From IMG/VR virus record IMGVR_UViG_2657245521_000003: DNA of 4,017 nt, one strand, 5' to 3'. The notes below the pieces were generated by a model. That model was given only the letters and a program-made list of their open reading frames with translations, was not told where the DNA came from and made no database searches. Positions within the stretch are counted from its first letter, which is position 1. Every line of letters begins with the position of its first letter. The translations under genes were made by a program, and so were the position numbers. This document shows, one piece after another, positions 1-4,017 of the stretch. The DNA comes from a virus. Its lineage: Duplodnaviria > Heunggongvirae > Uroviricota > Caudoviricetes.

Positions 1-204
1 CAGCCATGGTGGGATCTCCGATAAGGTTTTATTGACGGAAATGACCGGAATGATGAGCTGAATACCGGAAGGCAGTACCGGATAAATGGCGACATGTGGA
101 TTGGCTGCGATAATGCGTTCATAAGCCAGTGCATCGCCGTAGTAATGCCAGGCCAGGTTATCCCAGCGTTCGCCATCGGTGGTGATATGTTCAAGGTATC
201 GCAT
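1..204 (-). CDS. gpX-like LysM-type phage tail protein (baseplate 'glue'), 3'-partial: C-terminus lies beyond the window start
   Basis: Minus-strand ATG at 204-202 overlaps the upstream TAA stop (TAATG). The frame is open for 68 codons to position 1: MRYLEHITTDGERWDNLAWHYYGDALAYERIIAANPHVAIYPVLPSGIQLIIPVISVNKTLSEIPPWL. Pattern (W..LAW.YYGD ... AANP ... LPSG ... IP) matches my recollection of the ~67-aa P2 gpX / Phage_tail_X family. A strong Shine-Dalgarno AGGAG sits 6 nt upstream of the ATG (complement of 211-215). Not in the ORF track because it is short and has no stop inside the window. Confidence 0.8.
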   Translation of the reverse strand, partial: MRYLEHITTDGERWDNLAWHYYGDALAYERIIAANPHVAIYPVLPSGIQLIIPVISVNKTLSEIPPWL

Positions 205-1157
205 TACCAGCTCCTCGTAATGGTCGCGGCAGCAAGCTGGCTCACTGCGGGAGTGGTTTGTTGTACCGTTGTTCGTGCCTGATCAACCAACGTTGCGGCT
301 TTATCAAACGTCGCTTCGGCGATGTTGCTGGCAATGTCGTCGAAAAGTGTCTGAGCATGGTCAACCAGCGTACTGGCGTCATTGGCGCAGTCCCGTATAC
401 CTGGCATGTTACCCAGTAAAGCTTTAATCTGAGCCGACAACGCTTTTGGGAGTCCTGCCAGCATTTGCAGATCCATTGGCTGTTTAAACAGGGTTTCGAT
501 GGCGTCGATAGTCTTTTTCAACGACGTAATTATCTTTTCACACTTTTCTTTTAACGCTTTGGCCTCTTTAATCAGTGCTTTCACTTTTGCCACTGTTTTT
601 TTAATATCTTCAATGGTTTGCGCCAGTTCATCGAGCATCTCTTTGGCTTTGCGCATACCTTCTTCAATGGCGTTCAATATCTGATACAACCAGGACTCCA
701 CCTTATTCGGAAAATCGCTCGCCTTTTCCTCGATATTAGGCTCCTGGGTGGTAATTGCCGGGGGCAGCAGTGGGTTTTTCGGATCGCCGGTATACTCCTG
801 GAGCGACATTGTTCCGCTTTGGGCAATGACATTGCCCCAGGGATCGGTGTGCTGGTGAGTGGCGGTTAACTCTGTAATTACAAACCAGCCGCGATAATCT
901 CCGTTGCCAAACACCAGCGCCATTGCTTTGTGAGCAAGCATGGCTTCACGCAGTCGATTCAGCTCTGTTGTGGGTTGGCAAAACTGGCTGTGCAGGGAAA
1001 ATTCCAGCGCCAGCATATCCAGCTTATCGCCAATAAACTGCACGCCGGGTTTGCCTTCTATACGGGCATGTGTGGCGTAATCCACGCCCATTGTGCTTTT
1101 AAAGCCGTCCCAGAATGTGACAACTTTAAATTCAATCTCTCCTAAAACGGCATACAT
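204..1157 (-). CDS. gpU-like tail protein (tube initiator / 'ripcord' position) with Pro-rich linker and long coiled-coil C-terminal extension, 317 aa
   Basis: ORF-track ORF. ATG at 1157-1155 overlaps the tape measure TGA (TGATG). SD-like GGGGGT lies 7 nt upstream (complement of 1165-1170). Residues 1-122 (MYAVLGEIEF...GKPGVQFIG...LNRLREAMLAHKAMALVFGNGDYRGWFVITEL...) match the remembered P2 gpU family pattern (L.L.R....G.AWPL..G.G..G.YVI). Residues ~123-144 are a Pro-rich linker; 145-317 are Lys/Glu-rich heptad-like helix. Position immediately after the tape measure gene agrees with gpU synteny. Confidence 0.8.
   Translation of the reverse strand: MYAVLGEIEFKVVTFWDGFKSTMGVDYATHARIEGKPGVQFIGDKLDMLALEFSLHSQFCQPTTELNRLREAMLAHKAMALVFGNGDYRGWFVITELTATHQHTDPWGNVIAQSGTMSLQEYTGDPKNPLLPPAITTQEPNIEEKASDFPNKVESWLYQILNAIEEGMRKAKEMLDELAQTIEDIKKTVAKVKALIKEAKALKEKCEKIITSLKKTIDAIETLFKQPMDLQMLAGLPKALSAQIKALLGNMPGIRDCANDASTLVDHAQTLFDDIASNIAEATFDKAATLVDQARTTVQQTTPAVSQLAAATITRSW
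211..215 (-). promoter_or_regulatory. Shine-Dalgarno element (AGGAG) for the gpX-like gene, embedded in the gpU-like 3' end
   Basis: Minus-strand AGGAG 6 nt upstream of ATG 204-202; the start codon overlaps the gpU-like TAA stop. Confidence 0.6.
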
Positions 1158-3508
1158 CAGGCATACCCCCGGCGCTGCTGCTGCGCCATTACATCGTTAA
1201 TCATTCTTTCCAGTTCGCGTTTACTCATCGTCAACACGTTCTGAATCTCTTTAGTGGTGTTTTGTCCGTTACCCTGCACGGTAATTTGTGGCGAAAAATT
1301 CACCTGGACTTTTCCCGGGGAACGGGAGGGTAGCGTCGCCGGTTTGGTTACGGATTTACCAGGTAAAGAGGCCGACGCGGGTTTTGCCGATGACGGCGTA
1401 GCCGTTTTGCCGGATGGCGCGAGTTGTTTGCCCACCGGCAGCGTTAAAATCGCACCGGCAACGCCTGGAACAACGGTCGCGGGGGAGACTGATGCGGTAT
1501 TAGCCGTGCCTGTAACAGCCGCAGCCGATGCTTCTGTGCTGATACCCATTGTGGCTTTTAGCCAGTCTGGCATGGCGTTTTTGACCTGATCAATAATGCC
1601 TTTCAGTGCGGGGAAAGCATTCATTATGCCGTCGGCCAGGCTACCCAGTATATTGCTGCCGAACTCGCTAAAACTCGCAGGCATCTCAACACCAAACCAA
1701 TTCATCACATCGGAAAAGGCGCTATAGAACAACTCCAGCGGTGACCAGTCGAGAATCAACCGACAAATTCCTGCAATGCCGCCGTCAAAGGCCGTGGTGA
1801 TACGTTGCCAGATGGTCGAAAAGAACCTGGAGATAGGTTCCCAGTTGCGATAAATCAGATAAGCCGCGCCCGCAATCGCAGTGATGACCAGACCAATGGG
1901 ATTCATCAATAACACCCGGCCTAGCGAGAGAACGGTTCGACCAAACAGTTTCAATGCTCCGATCAGGCCACGACCAAGCAGTTGCGTTAGCCATTTTGCG
2001 CCGCCACCCAATGACTTAACCGCCGATAGCACTTTACTTGCCGCGCCGCCGAGGGCCAGACTTGCCCTGACTTTCAGGAAGATATCGACCAGACGAATAA
2101 ACGGCGAGGCGATGAGGTTCGCGCCCAGCTTTAAAACATTAAGCGCACCGTTAAACAGCCAAATCGCCCCGACGATTTTCGCAATGTTTTGCACCAGCGC
2201 CGGATGTTCGCGTAGCCAGGCACTGAACTGGCGAATAACCGGCGCAAGGCTTTGTGCCAGCTCGCCAATCGCCGGCATAAGCTGCAAGCCAATGCTGAGC
2301 CATAAATCATTTAACGCCAGTTGTAACGCTTTAGTCTGTTCAATGGGCGAGGCCATTTGCGCAGAAAAGTCAGCGTTAATCAGATTCTTGCTGGTAGTTT
2401 GCATGGCAGAGGCTTTTAACTGGCGATATTCCTCCATATTCGCCAGCATAGGTGCCAGGAATTCCACCGTTTGCGCATCGCCGAACATTTCGCCCAGATT
2501 AAATTGCGCCACCATCGATTGCAGCGCAGTGCTGCGAGCAGATAAATCTTCAATCTGCATAGTGCGTTTGAAGGTGTCGAGGATCGCCGGATTCATCTTC
2601 TCAAGCTGCATTTGCACGATATGAGTCATGGCTTCGCTAACACTCATACCGTTTTGCTGATGTTCAAGCAGAGAGCCTTGCAAATCGACGCCCTGGCTGG
2701 CGAACCAGCTATCGGTTTTTTTCGAAAAGGTGGTTTGCAGAAAGTGGTCAAAATTCTCAGCCGCCGCACTGGCGCTGGCCCCGTTTTTCATGGCGATCTG
2801 CATGGCGGCAGTCAGTTCAGTCATACCTTCCAGACCCTGAGCGCCGGTTTTACCTGCAAATTTGTCTATCCACTGCGTTTGCTCGGCAACGGCAGGCCCA
2901 CCGCTTTTGCTAATGCCGTACATCATGTTTTGCGCGGCGTGGAAATTTTCTGGCGCAATATTCAGTCGATCATGGGTTGCGAGCGCGGCATTCGCCCATG
3001 TTTCAGCACTTTCGCGCGTGGCGGTGGCAGCTTTGGCGATCTCCGGCATATAACGGTTGAGATCCTGTATCGACGACAAATTGCCTTCGATCAGCGTTTG
3101 GGCTGCGTTCTGTAAGGTGGTCTGATGCTGGTTAAAATCCATGCTCCAGTCGCGCAGATTAAGGCTGAGCGTCTCGCGGGTTGTATCATTCATCCCACCT
3201 TTGGTCGCCATATTGACCATGTTGTCCTGGAACTCATACGGCAACTTCCAATCGGGGGCTTCAACATTGAATACTTTGCTAAATTGCCCGGCAAATGTGT
3301 GGGTTTTCTCCATCAGATTAGCGCGGCTGCGGCTATTTTCCTCCAGGCGGAGAGCAGAATCGGCAAGTTGCTGCGTTAGTTTGATTACTGTCGCTTGCTG
3401 AGAAGAGAGAGCTAACAAAGTTCTGGCGTTGAGTGAGCCGTAACGGGCTATTGCCTGCGTCAACGTCTCATTACGCGCCTGAAGCTGGGTAATAATATCG
3501 TTGGCCAA
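1157..3508 (-). CDS. phage tail tape measure protein (gpT-like), 783 aa, TTG start
   Basis: Longest ORF in the window (ORF track). Mostly helical Ala/Gln/Leu-rich sequence, with a long Gly/Ala/Leu/Ile-rich hydrophobic block (about aa 400-600) and a Pro/Ser/Thr/Lys-rich low-complexity segment (about aa 655-735), both typical of tape measure proteins. Sits between a chaperone-like ORF and a gpU-like ORF. The only start candidate after the in-frame stop at 3545-3547 is TTG at 3508-3506, with a weak purine-rich SD (AAGAGA) 7 nt upstream. Gene identity is high confidence; the exact start is moderate. Confidence 0.9.
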   Translation of the reverse strand: MANDIITQLQARNETLTQAIARYGSLNARTLLALSSQQATVIKLTQQLADSALRLEENSRSRANLMEKTHTFAGQFSKVFNVEAPDWKLPYEFQDNMVNMATKGGMNDTTRETLSLNLRDWSMDFNQHQTTLQNAAQTLIEGNLSSIQDLNRYMPEIAKAATATRESAETWANAALATHDRLNIAPENFHAAQNMMYGISKSGGPAVAEQTQWIDKFAGKTGAQGLEGMTELTAAMQIAMKNGASASAAAENFDHFLQTTFSKKTDSWFASQGVDLQGSLLEHQQNGMSVSEAMTHIVQMQLEKMNPAILDTFKRTMQIEDLSARSTALQSMVAQFNLGEMFGDAQTVEFLAPMLANMEEYRQLKASAMQTTSKNLINADFSAQMASPIEQTKALQLALNDLWLSIGLQLMPAIGELAQSLAPVIRQFSAWLREHPALVQNIAKIVGAIWLFNGALNVLKLGANLIASPFIRLVDIFLKVRASLALGGAASKVLSAVKSLGGGAKWLTQLLGRGLIGALKLFGRTVLSLGRVLLMNPIGLVITAIAGAAYLIYRNWEPISRFFSTIWQRITTAFDGGIAGICRLILDWSPLELFYSAFSDVMNWFGVEMPASFSEFGSNILGSLADGIMNAFPALKGIIDQVKNAMPDWLKATMGISTEASAAAVTGTANTASVSPATVVPGVAGAILTLPVGKQLAPSGKTATPSSAKPASASLPGKSVTKPATLPSRSPGKVQVNFSPQITVQGNGQNTTKEIQNVLTMSKRELERMINDVMAQQQRRGYA
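1165..1170 (-). promoter_or_regulatory. Shine-Dalgarno-like element (GGGGGT) for the gpU-like gene, embedded in the tape measure 3' end
   Basis: Minus-strand GGGGGT 7 nt upstream of ATG 1157-1155; the start codon overlaps the tape measure stop. Confidence 0.5.
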
Positions 3509-3596
3509 AATTGTTTCTCTTATAGATTGGTGATGGCCCGCTGGTTAGTTTTCTGAAAAATGGGCTGGGAAGAAATAAACCTGGCGGGCTTTAAAG

Positions 3597-3623
3597 GACT
3601 CGCAGACATCAGGTCTGCGAGTC
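3597..3623. repeat. perfect 11-bp inverted repeat with 5-nt loop (predicted stem-loop) at the E'-tape measure junction
   Basis: Plus strand 3597-3607 GACTCGCAGAC, loop 3608-3612 ATCAG, 3613-3623 GTCTGCGAGTC; the arms are exact reverse complements. On the minus-strand mRNA the E' TGA stop (3611-3609) lies in the loop. No U-tract follows on either strand. Confidence 0.7.
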
Positions 3624-3737
3624 ATATTCGATCTTTATTTGAGCGCTGGCTTCATCCAGCCAGTTGCTAAAGTCATCGACGGTAAGGGCGTCTATCTCAC
3701 TGGGCGGAAAGCGAAACCATCTCGCCAGTAACGCCAT
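3609..3737 (-). CDS. E' / GpE-family small tail protein ORF (42 codons from first ATG); probably expressed as a recoded extension of the upstream chaperone rather than independently
   Basis: Minus-strand ORF below the track threshold: ATG 3737-3735 to TGA 3611-3609, MALLARWFRFPPSEIDALTVDDFSNWLDEASAQIKIEYDSQT. The frame is open from 3830 and overlaps the 3' end of the chaperone-like ORF by about 130 nt. The W-F-x-F-PPSE-(I/L) ... W-L-x-E-A stretch resembles my memory of the short 'GpE family phage tail protein' CDSs annotated between the chaperone and tape measure in P2-like prophages. No convincing SD precedes the ATG. Family assignment is from memory, not a search. Confidence 0.5.
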   Translation of the reverse strand: MALLARWFRFPPSEIDALTVDDFSNWLDEASAQIKIEYDSQT

Positions 3738-4017
3738 TGCCTGCCATAGCAGGGGAGGATTCTGTAACCACGGTAAGCATGGATTGAAATCGTTTCTGCA
3801 ATGCCTGGTAATCCAGCAAATCCATTTCAGCTAAATCTTCTGGCACCAGTCCGGTCATTGCCGCCATTAGCGGTTCATCCCACTCTTCTGGCTTTTCGCT
3901 GATCCGGCGCGCGTTGCGCATATCTTTTACTTTCAGGCGACGTAATTGCAGGTAAAGGTGCCGTTTCGCAGCAATAATCCCATCACGCGCGACGAATTGC
4001 TGTCGCGCTTTTTCCCG
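3697..4017 (-). CDS. tail assembly chaperone-like protein (gpE position), 5'-partial: start lies beyond the window end
   Basis: The minus-strand frame is open from the window edge (4017) to TGA at 3699-3697, 106 codons: REKARQQFVARDGIIAAKRHLYLQLRRLKVKDMRNARRISEKPEEWDEPLMAAMTGLVPEDLAEMDLLDYQALQKRFQSMLTVVTESSPAMAGNGVTGEMVSLSAQ. The track's ATG at 3921 is an internal Met: no SD precedes it and the frame continues upstream. Acidic C-terminal half, position directly upstream of E'/tape measure, and an overlapping alternate-frame ORF all fit the G/GT-type chaperone arrangement. Assignment is by synteny and composition only. Confidence 0.55.
   Translation of the reverse strand, partial: REKARQQFVARDGIIAAKRHLYLQLRRLKVKDMRNARRISEKPEEWDEPLMAAMTGLVPEDLAEMDLLDYQALQKRFQSMLTVVTESSPAMAGNGVTGEMVSLSAQ

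Noticed and set aside
480-725. Low-GC (~40%) segment as a horizontally inserted foreign element
   Set aside because: It lies in-frame within the gpU-like ORF and its composition is explained by Lys/Glu/Ile-rich coiled-coil codons; no flanking repeats or mobile-element genes were seen.
94-1145. Plus-strand ORFs 94..282, 499..684, 618..869, 930..1145
   Set aside because: Antisense to the gpX-like and gpU-like genes; 499..684 is the Phe/Ser-rich mirror image of the Lys/Glu-rich coiled-coil coding strand.
1254-1994. Plus-strand ORF 1254..1589 and minus-strand ORF 1785..1994
   Set aside because: Both lie inside the tape measure gene, antisense or in an alternate frame, with no independent support.
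1881-2624. 247-aa plus-strand ORF
   Set aside because: Lies entirely antisense to the tape measure gene; the translation is Arg/Ser/Pro/Cys-rich low-complexity sequence typical of a shadow ORF; no RBS context.
2612-3115. 167-aa plus-strand ORF (also 2862..3053, 3125..3379, 3141..3401)
   Set aside because: Antisense shadows of the tape measure coding region; the compositions do not look protein-like.
3597-3623. Stem-loop as a Rho-independent terminator
   Set aside because: No U-tract immediately follows the stem on either strand, and it sits inside an operon directly upstream of the tape measure gene; a processing or regulatory role is more plausible.
3692-3834. Canonical -1 frameshift extension of the chaperone ORF
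   Set aside because: The -1 frame is closed by TAG at 3692-3694 right after the chaperone stop, its translation looks non-coding, and no X-XXY-YYZ heptamer is evident in the overlap.
3697-3921. ATG at 3921 as the start of a 74-aa chaperone gene
   Set aside because: The frame stays open upstream to the window edge with protein-like sequence and there is no SD before this ATG; treated as an internal Met of a 5'-truncated gene.
1-4017. Defence system, toxin cargo, CRISPR array, tRNA or integrase
   Set aside because: None seen; every well-supported ORF is a tail structural or assembly gene, with no direct-repeat array or cloverleaf-like sequence noticed.

Overview
The whole window reads as one minus-strand block of contractile-tail (P2-type myovirus or tailocin) morphogenesis genes, tightly packed and partly translationally coupled. 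In transcription order (high to low coordinate) it holds: a 5'-truncated acidic ORF in the tail-assembly-chaperone (gpE) position (3697..4017); a 42-codon overlapping ORF that looks like the E' / GpE-family extension (3609..3737); a 783-aa tape measure protein starting on TTG (1157..3508); a 317-aa protein with a gpU-like N-terminal domain plus a long coiled-coil C-terminal extension (204..1157); and the start of a gpX-like LysM-type tail protein that runs off the window edge (1..204). All plus-strand ORFs in the supplied track look like antisense shadows. I see no rRNA, tRNA, CRISPR array, transposase/integrase or obvious defence or toxin cargo. This looks like an ordinary structural module, not a new system; the items worth a second look are (i) the gpU-like protein carrying a roughly 190-residue extension, (ii) the E' frame lying +1/-2 rather than -1 relative to the chaperone ORF, and (iii) a perfect 11-bp stem-loop sitting on the E' stop codon. 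Every family assignment is by eye from remembered motifs and synteny; no database search or HMM was run. Codon usage and GC look enterobacterial, but the host cannot be established from this window.
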